Assembly: GCF_964194155.1 (NCBI RefSeq)
Contig: NC_135901.1
Coordinates: 3,162,001-3,226,000 of the forward strand
Direction: 5' to 3'
DNA from: Cetorhinus maximus
Lineage: Eukaryota
Length of the DNA: 64,000 bases
Shown piece after piece: positions 1-12,330 of this stretch (position 1 is the first letter of the stretch; each line of letters opens with the position of its first letter). The notes under the pieces were generated by a model. The model searched no databases. It was not told the origin of the DNA and worked only from the letters and a program-made list of their open reading frames with translations. The position numbers were made by a program, and so were the translations under genes.

Positions 1-107
1 ACATTCAAAGGCTGATGATATTCAGGTCCTGATGAATCGACTGACTCTGAGAGGTGTTGATTTGATGTTTGGTTAGTTTTCTATGCAAATCATCTCCTTC
101 TAATATC
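1..107 (-). other. 5' part of the terminal exon of a ZNF gene whose finger array lies left of the window
   Basis: Reverse complement reads cag|gatattagaaggagatgatttgc...gattcatcaggacctgaatatcatcagcctttgaatgt. This is the acceptor plus leader seen at 11627, 47900, 59111 and 61906. Confidence 0.75.
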
Positions 108-479
108 CTGCAGAAAGAGTTGACAGTGTCAGTATCGCTATAAGTTCATGTTAGAAATTCAAAACAGACAATTCTAGTTTCTAGTTTTCTCTCTCTGTTC
201 TTCCAAACAAGTGATCTAAATCAAACTAAAAGGAGCCCCAAAAGGCAAAAAAGCAAATGGAATTTTCACAATTAAACCACAATGTTAATTGCAGTGACTA
301 TGAGACACTCTGCAAGCTGAGGGGCCCACTGTTTGTAGAAGGCATCAACCATATGGATGGACACTGCATCCTCGCTGGCCCTGGCCACCAGGGGACAGGC
401 AAGACCATAGAAGACTGACGCGCTGCCCGGAAACAACAAATCCCGGGCACTGGGACCCAGTTGGGAACAGATTCATCCC

Positions 480-860
480 TGCAGCCCCGCCCACTCCCTG
501 TTGTGTCACCATGACGTTTGTGCATGCGCTCAACCCCGCTCAACCAAAATGGCGGCCGTTAATTTGAGCTTGTTCGGAAAAAAGAACCGGGCTGCAAACG
601 GGAGTATCTCAGGGTCTTATTCGAGGTTTGGAGCCTTTACAAGATGTTTAGAAATCCTCCCCGTCCTCCCGCCGCCTCCATCGATCTCTCCGTGTTTTCA
701 TTTCCTTACCAGCTTGAAGATAAGACAGACAAAAGACTCCGCATCGCCATTATGGTGCATGCTCCAAACACTGGGCGGTACTGCGCCTGCGCACTGCTCT
801 CCTCTGGTGGGGAATAGGGGACAGTCACCACCGCAGGCGATGCTGGGTAAAGTCCTCGCC
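480..860 (-). promoter_or_regulatory. CpG-rich ZNF promoter/first exon for the gene off the left edge
   Basis: GC box gccccgccc (~484), NRF1-like gcatgcgc (~522) and tgcgcctgcgca (~782), YY1 aaaatggcggc (~546), minus-strand donor ctg|gtaagg (~709). Similar to promoters at 12150-12300 and 34620-34760. Confidence 0.7.
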
Positions 861-1236
861 ATCGAATGGCCTAATTGGTGAATCGTGAATCCTTTTTTTT
901 GCAACGATGTGGGGATTGGGGCGAGTGTTGGGCAGTCAATAAAATTCGCAACCAAATTATACAGAAGCCCAAGTGCACAGAACCTCCATTATCCACCAAA
1001 AAGAAGGGAATTGATGGTGAATTGCAAATCCCCCAAAGTTTTACCAAAACAGCAGCAATGACGCGGAATCCAATACCTCCAGTCAAATGTGAACTCAGCA
1101 GATGGGGTGACTGAGTGAATCCTTTCAGTGAGTAACTGTCAGGATTGTCGTCTTGTGGATATTCCTGGTAGTGTATTTTTAGTTATACTGTCACACACCA
1201 ATAACACAGAGAAACCTGGAAACAGGCTGCAGCTCC

Positions 1237-1690
1237 TTTTTTTTCATTCATCACAGGATGTGGGTGTCACTGGCAATGCAGGCATTTATTACCATCCCTA
1301 ATTGCCCTTGAGAACGTGATGGTGACCTGCCTTCCCAAACCGCTGCAATCCAATTGAATTTTACTTTCTCTGAGCGGTTTTCACATGACCAAGTGGCTTA
1401 TGCACCATTAAGCACATTGCTGTTGGTCTGGAGTCACCTGAAGACCAGATGAGGCTGGGATGGCAGATTTCCGCTCCTCGAGGATGTCAGGGGACCAGTT
1501 GGACTTTTGTAACAATGCATTCGTTTCATAATCACTGATAACAGCTTTTATAGTAGGTTTTTATTCCAGATTTATCGAATTAATTGAATTTAAAATCTCT
1601 AATTGTTGTGATGGGATTTGAACTCACATCTCCAGATCATTATTCCCTCTCGATTAGTAATCCAGTAATGTAACCACTAAGTCTGGGCAT
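1237..1690 (-). mobile_element. Degenerate tRNA-derived SINE with LINE-type 3' tail
   Basis: Tail ...ctcaagggcaattagggatggtaataaatgc...acatcctgtgatgaatgaaaaaa on the minus strand; body similar to the SINE at 2716-2960. Confidence 0.65.
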
Positions 1691-1998
1691 GTCATCAGAA
1701 TGCTTGAATTCAGATTGACAAACAGGTGCTGTACTCAGAGCTACACCAGGGAGGCCCTTCACATGGGACCAAAGGAAACTTTTCAAAGACAATCTCAAGG
1801 CCTCCATGACATTCTGTTCTATCAACATAAACACTTGGGAAGCAGATTCCCAATCACCTCCAAAATGGTGATTCATCATCCAAAAACGTTTCAATCAACA
1901 AGAGCAGCCACTGAGAGAGACAAACAGCGAGGGCAGCTGCTCGTGTCAACAATCCACCACCAACTCCACAGGCTGACAACCCCCATGTCCTCACTGAT

Positions 1999-2230
1999 AA
2001 AAAACAAAAAACTGCGAATGCTGGAAATCCAAAACAAATACAGAATTACCTGGAAAAACTCAGCAGGTCTGGCAGCATCAGTGGAGAAGAATAAAGTTGA
2101 CGTTTCGAGTCCCCATGACCCTTCAACAGTTCTGCTGAAGGGTCATGAAGGACTCGAAACGTCAACTTTATTCTTCTCCGCCGATGCTGCCAGACCTGCT
2201 GAGATTTTCCAGGTAATTCTGTTTTTGTTT
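1999..2230. mobile_element. Palindromic pair of Penelope-type pseudo-LTR repeats with degenerate hammerhead motifs
   Basis: Near-perfect inverted arms ~2031-2128 and 2132-2230. Each arm reads ctg(c/t)tga-agggtc..gactc-gaaa-cgtc-aact. Confidence 0.6.
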
Positions 2231-2524
2231 CCCATGTCCTCACTGTTGGGAGAGCCTGCAAGGCTAAAATAGGGCTCATTAGTCGTTTGTGAACCCACAG
2301 CTAACACTGACATCTCACTTCCGCCCAGTCATCGACAAGAAAGAATCATCCCTGACATGAGGGATTGTCAATGGATAACCACAATGTTATCTTCTTTATC
2401 TGCGGATCGGATGTCGGTTACGCAATTGCAGCAGCAGTTAACAGCCTCCTGTGAACTCCTCCATGTGATATCTTAGTGCAGATTTTCAACAATTTATTTT
2501 GAGTGTGTTTATGTTAAATGAGTA

Positions 2525-3315
2525 AATACTGATTTTATAAACCAATTGTTAGGCCTCAGTTGGAGTGCCATATTCATTTCTGGGCATCACACTTTAAACA
2601 GGATTTCAAAGCCTTAGAGGTGATTTACTAGAATGGTACCAAGGATAAGAGGCTTCAGTTATATGGAGAGACTGGAGAAACGGGGATTGTTTTCCTTGGA
2701 GCAAAGGGTCAAAAATGGAGGTGGTGGCATTGTGGTATTGTCACTGGACTAGTAATCCAAAGACCCAGGAAAATGCTCTGGAGACTGGGTTCGAATCCCA
2801 CCAAATCTCATGATGACCATGAAGTCCTTATCAAATGTCATAGAAACCCATCTGGTTCACTAATGTCCTTTAGAGAAGGAAATCTGCCATCCTCACCTGG
2901 TCTGGCCTGCATATGACTCCAGACCCACAGCAATATGGTTGACTCTTAAAATGCCCAGAACTGACACCACATGGACTGCAGCAGTCTGAAAGAAAAAAGA
3001 TGCAATAGCAGTTTTCAAAATCATGAACGGCTTTGACAAACTAAAGAAAGAGGAAGGGTCTCCAGTGGCAGAAAAATAGCTAATCAGAGGACACAGATTT
3101 CAGAACATCTTTTTTAAGCAGTGTGTTTTTGTGATCTGGAATGCACTGCCTGAAAGGGTGCTGCAAGCAGATTCAATAGCAACATTCTTGGGAGAATTGA
3201 ATAAATAGTTGAAGAGAAGAAATATCCAAGTCTAGGAGTAAAGAGCAGAGGAGTGGGACTAATTCGATGGCTCCACTAATGAGCTGGTACAAACATGATG
3301 AGCTGAACACCTTCC
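2525..3315 (+). mobile_element. Old CR1 LINE 3' fragment interrupted by a SINE
   Basis: gttaggcctcagttggagtg...ttcagttatatggagagactggagaa...tggaatgcactgcctgaaagggtg matches the CR1 ORF2 C-terminus of better-preserved copies in this window. Confidence 0.6.
2716..2960 (+). mobile_element. tRNA-derived SINE
   Basis: A-box-like tggcattgtgg, B-box ggttcgaatccc (~2788). Body cccatctggttcactaatgtcc...gactccagacccacagcaat recurs at ~8560-8830 and ~38650-39030. Confidence 0.75.
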
Positions 3316-6300
3316 TTTAGCCCCTGTACCATCTGAAGACAGTGGCAGATGATGCTACCCAGAATGCTTCAGGTGGTAGAATATGGCCCAACAACATCAA
3401 CAGGGATGCAACACTCAGATTTTTCTCCGTTTCTTTCGTGAAGGTGCTGTGTGATGGTGAGGTTCAATCCCAGTCTGTTTACCCTCCTGTACCCTGCCAA
3501 GTGGTAATTCTGAGCTTATGATCCTATACTGTGAGCTATAATAACGGTATTTTATTCAAGAAACAAGTTTTCAGACCAAAGGCTGAATTGCAGTGTGACT
3601 TATATGAGGAAATTCACATAGAGACTAAATAATCAAGTTAAAAACATGGAAATGTGACAATCAAATACCGGAAACAGGTTCCAATTTAAAACTGGCAGGA
3701 AAAATATTTCCAATGATAATAATAAAATTGGACACCAGAAATGAAATAAAAGGCAGGTTATTTTCTGATAATAACAGTGGCAGAGTATAAGTGTAACAAT
3801 GACACACACGGTCTGATACAGTAAGAGTGCACATGGGGCCCGAAGGAAGAACAGCAAAGGTTTGGCTCTCTTTGAGTGTAACAAATACAGTGTTTGTTCC
3901 AATAATAAGAGTCAGGCTGCAGTGTGTTAGTGAATTCATCATTGGATCCAATGTGATGATAATACAGTCAGTACCTAGTGCACCAAAACCAAAGATTGGG
4001 TCTCATATAGCAGTGCGAGCGAGTCATGGTCTATTGATATAATATGATATCAATGTGTTGCCTAATCCCTAATAACAGAGCCAAGGATCAATGCAATGTG
4101 AATGGGATGGGTTGAGTGTAATAACACAGACACGGTCTATTGGAATATGAACTGACGCCAACATTGACTAATTGGTGGCACTCTCACCCAAAGTCAGAAG
4201 GATGTGGGTTCAAGCCCTCTCCAGAGACCCAACCACATCATCTAAACTGATGCGCCTGGTGTCATTATAAATGGGAGTCTCTGTTCTTTTGCTGGCTATT
4301 TTCTTAGACTCAGAAGGAGTGAAGGGAATGACAGACGGGACAATTCTGGGCAGTTGCTCCATCCAGCAAGGCAGGGATTTCTGGGACATGATTGCAGGTT
4401 TGAGGTGTCCGCCCACTCATTAAAAAACAACCTCTTCCTCTTTGGGTTTGTGAAGGGAGTTATGACAGCAGCACGCGAGACCGACTAGAGTCTGGTGTAA
4501 AAATAATCACAAAGGCCAATTCCAGTTCTTAATAACAGAGGTGGCTTTAACTACAGGTAATCTTACATTAAGGGAGACAAGAGGCCGAATAAAGATTCGA
4601 TTGTAATAGGAGGACAAGGTGTAAGGAAGCAATGATATTTGGGTGGCTGTGTTATAGTGAGTGTCACAGGGAGGTATGTGATAAAATAGGAGTGGAAATA
4701 TCATGACAGAGATACGTGTGACTGACTCCACCTGACTGAGAGCTGTTATACCCAAGGGGAGGGTAATGACGACATGGGGAACTCCAGAGATTTCTGGTAT
4801 CTGAGGTGACAATGGTGCATCTGTTAGAGGAACTGAAAAGAACCGGTTCCTTCTCACCCTTGCCTGCAGTTCCCGAGTTACACAGACACACAGGAAACAG
4901 ATTTGACAGCTCGTCGAAACCAACGTTTTAAATCTTCTGTTTGAGACACATTATGATTGAAAAGATCAAATGTTAAAACCTCAGGAGAGGAAAATTCAGA
5001 ATGTCATAAAGATGAGTGAACCATCCAATTAGTCCCATTCACTACAACTCTGCCAATTATTCCCTCTTCAAGTATTGATCCAATTCCCTTTGAAAATTGC
5101 TAACATATCTGCTTCCAAACCCCTGTCAGTATGTGCATTCCAGGTCACATCAAATCACTGCGTAAAAATGTTCTCCTTATCACTCCCTCCGGGTCTGTTG
5201 TCAAATATCTTAAATCTCTGAGTCCTCTGATTACAAACCTTCCTGCTCCTGGAAACAGTTTCTCCCTTTCGACATTATTACCAATCCTTCCTCATTTTGA
5301 ACATCTCCATTAAATTTCCCCCTAAGCTTTTCTGATCTAAGAAGGACAACCCCTGTTTTTCCTGCTCAAAAGAAGAGTGATGTTGGACTGGAAACCTTAA
5401 ATCTGTTTCTCTGTCCACAGATGCTGCCAGACCTGCTGAATTTTTCCAGCATTTTCTGCCTTTCGCCATTTTTCCTTCTTTAATCAATCAAAAACCCTTC
5501 ATGATATTGAACATCTCAATTAAACAGGAACACACTGACATCGAGAGAGATATAGTGGAAAGGAGAGACATAAACTGAGAGAAAAACTGAGACACTTAGA
5601 AAAACAGAAAGATGAGGTGGTGAGAGATAAAGCTGAGAAATAGAGGAAGCAAGGAATACAGAATGATATGAGAGAATGATATAAAATGGAAAGGAGCAGG
5701 CTATCAGTTCCTGGCTATGGAGAGCAGAGGGAACTCAGTTACTGATCCACAGACACGGCCACATATGTCCGGGAATGGAGACTCTGAACAGAAACAACAG
5801 GCTTATTTGTAAATGTCACCGCAATGTAATCTGTGTGACTCTGCCCTGACTCTCTGGCCAGATATAGGCCGCCTTGACAGATGTTCTTACCCGACTGTAG
5901 CCCCTGGATTTATTTTCTGCTCAGAAGTGAGATGTGTGGTTAGGAACCAGCAGCAGAGAAACAGGAAGTTGTGTTTCCTGAGAATGAAACAGCAGGTGTT
6001 AGTTTCATGTTATCTCCGAGAACAGTCTTCCTGCCTGTGAGGGTGACTCACTCTGACAGCATCAAAAAGAACCACACAGATTGCTGCCAGTCTCAGCATT
6101 ACATTCACCTCCATTCCCAATTTAAAGATTTAAACATATGAGCTTATTTGGGGTTTTACCATATTCACTGAAGGGGAAAACAAGCTGATGGTTATCCTTG
6201 GGAGAAATAAGGGGAAATTATATAAAATGAATAATTTTGCCCAAAAACAGTTATCAGAAAATAGGAGAGTTAAAGTGAATCGAGGCCTGTCTGAGAGTGA

Positions 6301-6502
6301 GAGAGTGAAACAGAGAGAGAGGGGAATGACTCTCTGTACGTTGAGCACTGCCTCAGACAGAGAAGAGAGGCTAAGTGAGGTTAAGTGTGTTAATTTTTTT
6401 CTCTCTCTCTGAGAAATAACCTAAGTGAGCTTAGGTGCTCTCTGAAACAGAGAGATTAAGTGACTCGGTATCTGAGAGAAAGAGGAGAGAAGTTAAGTGA
6501 AA

Positions 6503-6670
6503 TAAAAGCAAAATATTGTGGATGCTGAAAATCTGAAATAAAAACAGAAAATGTTGGAAAAACTCAGCAGGTCTGACAGTATCTGTGGAGAGAGAAACAG
6601 AGTTGACGTTTCGAGTCCGTATGACTGAAGACGATCATACGGTCTGAAGAAGAGTCATACGGACTCGAGA
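6503..6670 (-). mobile_element. Penelope-type short repeat (same family as 1999-2230)
   Basis: ggaaaaactcagcaggtctgacag...gttgacgtttcgagtccgtatgac, plus a partial inverted copy ctgaagaagagtcatacggactc. Confidence 0.55.
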
Positions 6671-6905
6671 GTTGAAGTGAGTTTGTGGACAGATGTGCTC
6701 ATATTGGTAATTGAATGGTCAATGTGAGATTGTTTTCTAAACAGCAGCACCCCAGAGAATGGGTTCCAGATAATTGTCAGTGCTATGAAAAGATTTGCAA
6801 AGATATTACATTTGGAATAAATGGAAATAAAGGACTAAAATACTTGCTGGGGATAATTACTTCAGGAAATACATTGCAAACGTGAAGAATGATGCGTTCA
6901 CAATC

Positions 6906-7970
6906 AGACACATAGACACAAGAACAAAGAAGAAAAGGACAGCACAGGAACAGGCCCTTCGGCCCTCCAAGCCTGCGCCGATCATATTGTCTGTCAACTA
7001 AAACATTTTGCACTTCCGGGGTCCGTATCCCTCTATTCCCATCCTATTCATGTATTTGTCAAGTTGCCTCTTAAAAACCACTATCATACCTGCTTCCACC
7101 ACCTCCTCTGGCAGCGAATTCCAGACACTCACTACCCTCTGCGTAAAAAACTTGCCCTGCACATCTCCTCTAAAGTTTTCTCCTCTCACCTTAAATCTAT
7201 GTCCCCTAATAATTGACTCTTCCACCCTAGGAAAAAGCTTCTATCTACTCTGTCCATGCCACTCATAATTTTGTAAACTTCTATCAAGTCGCCCCTCAAT
7301 CTCCGTCGCTCTAGTGAGAACAATCCGAGTTTCTCCAACCTCTCCTCATAGCTAATAACCTCCAGACCAGGCAGCATCCTGGTAAACCTCCTCTGCACCC
7401 TCTCCAATGCCTCCATATCCTTCTGGTAATGTGGCGACCAGAATTGCACGCAAAATTCCAAGTGTGGCCTAACCAAGGTTCTATACATTTGCAGCATGAC
7501 TTCCCAGCTTTTATACTCAATACCCCTGCCAATGAAGGCAAGCATGCCATATGCCTTCCTGACTACCTTATCCACCTGCGTTGCCACTTTCAGTGACCTG
7601 TGGACCTGTACACCCAGATGCCTCTGCCCGTCGATGCACTTAAGGGTTCTGCCATTTACTGTATAATTCCTGCCTGTATTAGACCTTCCAAAATGCATTA
7701 CCTCGCATTTGTCCGGATTAAACTCCATCTGCCATTTCTCCGCCCAAGTCTCCAACCGATCTATATCCCGTTGTATCCTTTGACAATCCTCTTCACTATC
7801 TGCAACTCCTCCAACCTTAGTGTCGTCTGTAAACTTACTAATTAGCCCAGTTACATTTTCCTCCAAATCATTTACGTATACTACAAACAGCAAAGGTCCC
7901 AGCACTGATCACTGCGGAACACCACTAGTCACAGCTCTCCATTCAGAAAAGCACCCTTCCACTGCTACCC
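6906..7970 (-). mobile_element. 5'-truncated CR1 LINE (RT C-terminus and 3' UTR)
   Basis: ORF 7186..7905 GPLLFVVYVND..SKFTDDTK..WQMEFNPDKC..LVRPHLEFCVQFWSP; frameshifted tail FFTQRVVSVWNSLP (6998..7225). Confidence 0.92.
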
Positions 7971-8554
7971 TCAAGTGTGTGTGCGCACACACTCACACAC
8001 ACCATTTTGTGTTGAGCTGGTTTCAGTTGTGCCTGTTAACCAGAAGATAGATTTTTAATTGGATACCATTAGGATCCTGCAGCAGTCCATTCGACTGAGG
8101 AGACAGTTCTAGATTCTGTCTGACACTATCAGTGGGTCAGGTGGAAGCTAAATAGAAAATCCTGCAGGAAAAATAATCCTTAACATTAAAAATCAATCTG
8201 AGCAATTGACTCAGTACTACACCAGTGTGAATTAGTAAACTTTAACACAACAAGTTTTATCACTAAGTAGTGTAAAGTACAGTGCACTAATGCTCACCTT
8301 TAGTCTTGCCCCTCAATCCTAGTTAATCACTGGGAGATTGTTACAAGATTCACCCCATCCTTTCGACACAAATATTACCCACATAACACTTGAGTCATTA
8401 GAAATTGATGTGTGCTTCACTGTCCTTTTAAATATACTTCACTCCTACCAGCCTTTAATGATCAAAAACATAACAGGGTTATTAGCTGCTGATAGCTGTC
8501 AATGGGATTAAATTTATGCTTGAAATGATTAAATCCTCACATGCAAAACATATT

Positions 8555-8830
8555 TTGTTTTATTCTTTGATGGGATGTGGGTGTCACTGGCAAGGCCAAC
8601 ATTTGTTGCCCAACCTTAACTGTCCTTGAACAAAGTGGCTTCCTCAGTTATTTCAGAGGGCAATTAAGAGTTAACCACATTGCTGAGGGTCTGGCCTCAC
8701 ATGTAGGCCAGACCAGGTGAGGATAGCAGATTTCCTTCCATAAAGGACATTAGTGAAGCAGATGGGTTTTTACAACAATCAATGATAGTTTCATGGACAC
8801 TATCACTGAGACCAGATTTCAATTGCAGAT
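8555..8830 (-). mobile_element. SINE 3' half
   Basis: Reverse complement of the SINE body at 2845-2950 plus the shared tail. Confidence 0.65.
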
Positions 8831-10101
8831 TTTGAATATCATGATGAGGTTAGAAGTCTGGTCAATATGCTCAGGTTCTGAAGGTGAAATCCACAATTTA
8901 GAGATTCTAAAATCAGTGTTGCCACTGTAACCAAACTGCTACTGAAATGTTTAAGGAGCTAAGGTGACATTTTACATCTACAGTTTGACCATAACATTGG
9001 TTAATACCGTTACTGTTAAACTTCCAGATAATTCCACAAACAGCAACTTCAAGCAGAAGGAGCAGAATAAACGAGATGGAGAGAAACACGAGAGCCCACA
9101 GGCGAGGACCACATAGAGCAGGTTCACACACCCAGGGACGGGCTGGGTTGCCGTGCCTGGGGGTGGGGCGGGTTCACACACCCAAGGCTCACCGGGAATG
9201 ATCAGAATAAGGAAACCGCCCAGAAAACTACCAATAGGAATCTTCAGCTGAACACATCACTCATTCTTAAAGGGACGAAAGGGGTCCTGACACTGTGAAG
9301 TTAAAGGGGCAGACACAGCTTCAGCCTTCTCTCTGTTACCTTTCTGATAGTTAAAGGCTGGTAGGAGTGAGGTATATTTAAAAGGACAGTGTGTGGGAAG
9401 CACACATCAATAAAACTGGGAATTCTTGGACATACGCTGCAGGTCGTTCTTTTTCTGGGAATCAAACTGTTGTATTATTGTCACAGCAGTTAACAGCCTC
9501 CTGTGAACTCCTCCAGCTTCTAGTTTAATGCAGATTTTAACCCAATAAATTTCAGCATGTTTCGATTCAGCGACTCGGGACTGACACACAAACACGTTGA
9601 AACATTTTAGAATTATTAAGAACCATTTTCCGTCTGGAAACTTAAACTTGCTGTTTCACTTTCAGTCAGGAACAGATCACAATTTTACACCAACCTTTGA
9701 TTTGGCAGCACGTTTCCAGCATTCACCGTTGTTCTTCCTGACTCTAAACCCAGTTGTAAAAGAGCCTTCTGTTCTGTGTCTAGGAGCTCTGAACCATGGA
9801 AGAGAGCAGCTGGGACACATTTCTTACACACCTCAGGATTCACCCACATTGGGATTGTGCCGTCAGTGAAGAAAGATGAGAAAGACCAAAGTGTTGTTTG
9901 GGGGTCCCTCAGTGTGACCCTGATGGACTGTGTCCAGGCTGAAGTTCTGTTCCTACCGTAAGATCCTCCCCCAGATTGTCCTTTCTGACTCCAGCCAGGT
10001 GGCGTTAAACACTCAGGTGGGGAAAAACAAAAATATACAAACAAAGCTGATTTATTTCACATTTATTCAGAATATTGAACCTCATCATCAGGTCAGGACA
10101 G

Positions 10102-11265
10102 TCAGAATGAACATGGTTCAGTCCTGGTATGATTAACAGCATCAACAGGAGTAGAATCCAAACCTTGCAATCGCTTGTGAATCCACTGGTGTGTTCGCAG
10201 GTGTGATGACTGAGTGAATGCCTTTCCGCAGGCATTACAGGTGAACGGCCTCTCCCCACTGTGAACTCGCTGGTGTTTCAGCAGATAGGATGAATGAGAA
10301 AATCTCTTCCCACACACAGAGCAGGTAAATGGCCTCTCCCCACTGTGAATGCTCTGGTGTGTCAGCAGGTTGGATAACTGAGTGAATCCCTTCCCACACA
10401 CAGAGCAGGTGAACGGCCTCTCTCCAGTGTGTACTCGCTGGTGATTCAATAGGTTGGATGACCGGGTGAATCCCTTCCCACACACGGAGCAAGTGAATGG
10501 TCTCTCCTCAGTGTGAACCTGTTGGTGTGTCAGAAGGTTAGATGAACGAGTGAATCCCTTCCCACAGTCAGAGCAGGTGAACGGTCTATCCCCCGTGTGA
10601 AGTTGCTGGTGTATCAGAAGGTTGGATGAATTAATGAATCCCTTCCCACAGTCAGAGCAGGTGAACGGCCTCTCCCCAGTGTGAATTCGCTGGTGATTCA
10701 GTAGGGCAGACGGACGGCTGAATCCCTTCCCACAGTTGGTACAGGTGAATGGCCTCTCTCCAGTGTGAGTATATTGATGTGTTAGCAGATCCTTTTTGCT
10801 TTTAAAGCTCTTGTCACAGTCAGAACAATTAAAAAGTTTGTTATCAGAGTGAACAAGTTGATGTGTCAGAAGGTGGGATGACTGAATGAATCCCTTCCCA
10901 CACACGGAGCAGGTGAACGGCCTCTCCCCAGTGTGAATACGTTGATGTACCAGCAGATCTTTTCTGCATTTAAAACTCTTCTCACAGTCAGAACATGTAA
11001 ACGGTCTCTTATCAGTGTGCACAAGTTGGTGTGTCACAATGTGGGATGACCGAGTGAAGTCCTTCCCACACACAGGGCAGGTGAATGGCCTCTCCTCAGT
11101 GTGAACTCGCTGGTGTGTCCGAAGGTTGTACAAATGGGTGAATCCCTTCCCACAGATGGAGCAGGTGAACGGTCTCTCCCCAGTATGACTGCGCCGATGA
11201 ACTTCCAGTTGGGATGGGAAATTGAATCCCTTCCCACAGTCCACACATTTCCATGGTTTTTCCAT
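10102..11265 (-). CDS. C2H2 zinc-finger protein, 13 fingers, type B
   Basis: 387-aa ORF of tandem CxxC..HxxxH fingers with TGERPF linkers. Kozak accATGg, acceptor at 11627, polyA aataaa ~10051-10056. Confidence 0.93.
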   Translation of the reverse strand: MEKPWKCVDCGKGFNFPSQLEVHRRSHTGERPFTCSICGKGFTHLYNLRTHQRVHTEERPFTCPVCGKDFTRSSHIVTHQLVHTDKRPFTCSDCEKSFKCRKDLLVHQRIHTGERPFTCSVCGKGFIQSSHLLTHQLVHSDNKLFNCSDCDKSFKSKKDLLTHQYTHTGERPFTCTNCGKGFSRPSALLNHQRIHTGERPFTCSDCGKGFINSSNLLIHQQLHTGDRPFTCSDCGKGFTRSSNLLTHQQVHTEERPFTCSVCGKGFTRSSNLLNHQRVHTGERPFTCSVCGKGFTQLSNLLTHQSIHSGERPFTCSVCGKRFSHSSYLLKHQRVHSGERPFTCNACGKAFTQSSHLRTHQWIHKRLQGLDSTPVDAVNHTRTEPCSF

Positions 11266-11889
11266 GGTGTGGGGGTCCTTGTCTCTCTCCAGGTTGGACG
11301 ATTAGTTGAAGCCTTGTCCACACACAACACGTGAACAGTTTCTCCCCACTGTGAATGGTGAGATATTTTTGCAGACTGTGTAACTGCTTAAAGTTTTTTT
11401 CAAAGTCAATTCACTGGAACACACTCACTCGGGTGTGTGTGTGTTGAGGCTTTTCCAGTCATACAGATGTTTGAAATCCTTTCCCAAAGACAGATTAGAC
11501 AAACATTTCTCCTTCCACATTCAAAAGTTGATTATATTCAGGTCCTGATGAATTCAGTGCCTCTGACAGATCTTGATGTGATGTTTGCTTTGCGTTTTCT
11601 GTCTGCCAGTCACCTCCGTTTAATACCCTGTAAAACGAGTTTACAAAAGTCATCACTTTAAATCCAGGACTGAAATTCAGAACAGACAATTGTAGTTTCT
11701 ATGGAACATTTATTCCTCTCTTGTTCCCCCAAAGCTGTAAATCTCCGTCCCACACACTCTCCTTCCTCCCTGGGCTGAAATCCAAACCCATCTCACCATC
11801 TCCACCATTTCTTTCCTCCACTCCCAGTTTTCTCCCTCCCTCTCCTCTGCCTGGGTTCAGTTCTCCAGCTCCTGTGTCTCTGATTCAGG

Positions 11890-12330
11890 GTCTCAGGCGG
11901 GACCCCAGCTGCCGTCGGGCGGGACACAGGAGGGGGGACCCTCCCGGGTGTGTCTTACCCGGACCCTGAGTCCGTCCCGCCAGTTTCTGAGCCCCCGGGG
12001 GGCCCGCGGTCTCCCCGCAGTTTCTGAATCTCCCGCTCCGGAGCCTCTTCCCCTGAAGCCGGCGCTGTCACCGGGAAGAAGCCCCGGAGCTGCAAACACG
12101 GGTGATGGAGGCTGTGATCCGGGATTGCGGCCTACACCGGGTGTTTCTGGATCCTCCCCACCCCGGCTCCCAGAACCGCTCCTCCCTCCGCCTCAGCGAA
12201 TCTCACCCGCGTCTCCCGCACTCCCAGGGCTCTGAGCAAACTGACACTGCGCATGCTCCAGGTATCATCAGCATTGCGCCTGCGCGTTGGGCTCCTGCAC
12301 AGTGACTAGGGCACTTTCACACACGCAGGA
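11890..12330 (-). promoter_or_regulatory. CpG island/promoter and 5' exon(s) of ZNF 10102..11265
   Basis: High CpG density; NRF1-like tgcgcatgct (~12249) and tgcgcctgcgc (~12275); minus-strand donors cgg|gtgaga (~12206) and cgg|gtaaga (~11958). Confidence 0.75.

Noticed and set aside
1700-2272. 190-aa ORF
   Set aside because: It crosses a palindromic repeat, starts at a SINE edge and has no recognisable domain.
2722-2802. Functional tRNA genes at SINE heads (also ~4175, ~53450-53520, ~57510-57560)
   Set aside because: They have no proper cloverleaf and run into SINE body sequence.
3321-4923. Possible exons of another gene (3321-3456 +, ~4750-4865 -)
   Set aside because: Splice-like signals exist, but the peptides are unrecognisable and no consistent gene model emerges.
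5745-5790. Immunoglobulin V-like DTATY motif
   Set aside because: It is flanked by stops, with no following YC, no V framework and no RSS.
7186-7905. Domesticated or active reverse transcriptase gene
   Set aside because: It is a 5'-truncated, frameshifted ordinary CR1 copy.
11721-12305. ORFs over CpG-island promoters (also 501..881, 13597..14034, 46323..46751, 60499..60868)
   Set aside because: GC-rich sequence has few stops. I found no KRAB/SCAN/BTB-like peptide or in-frame splice to the fingers by eye, though this was not tested exhaustively.
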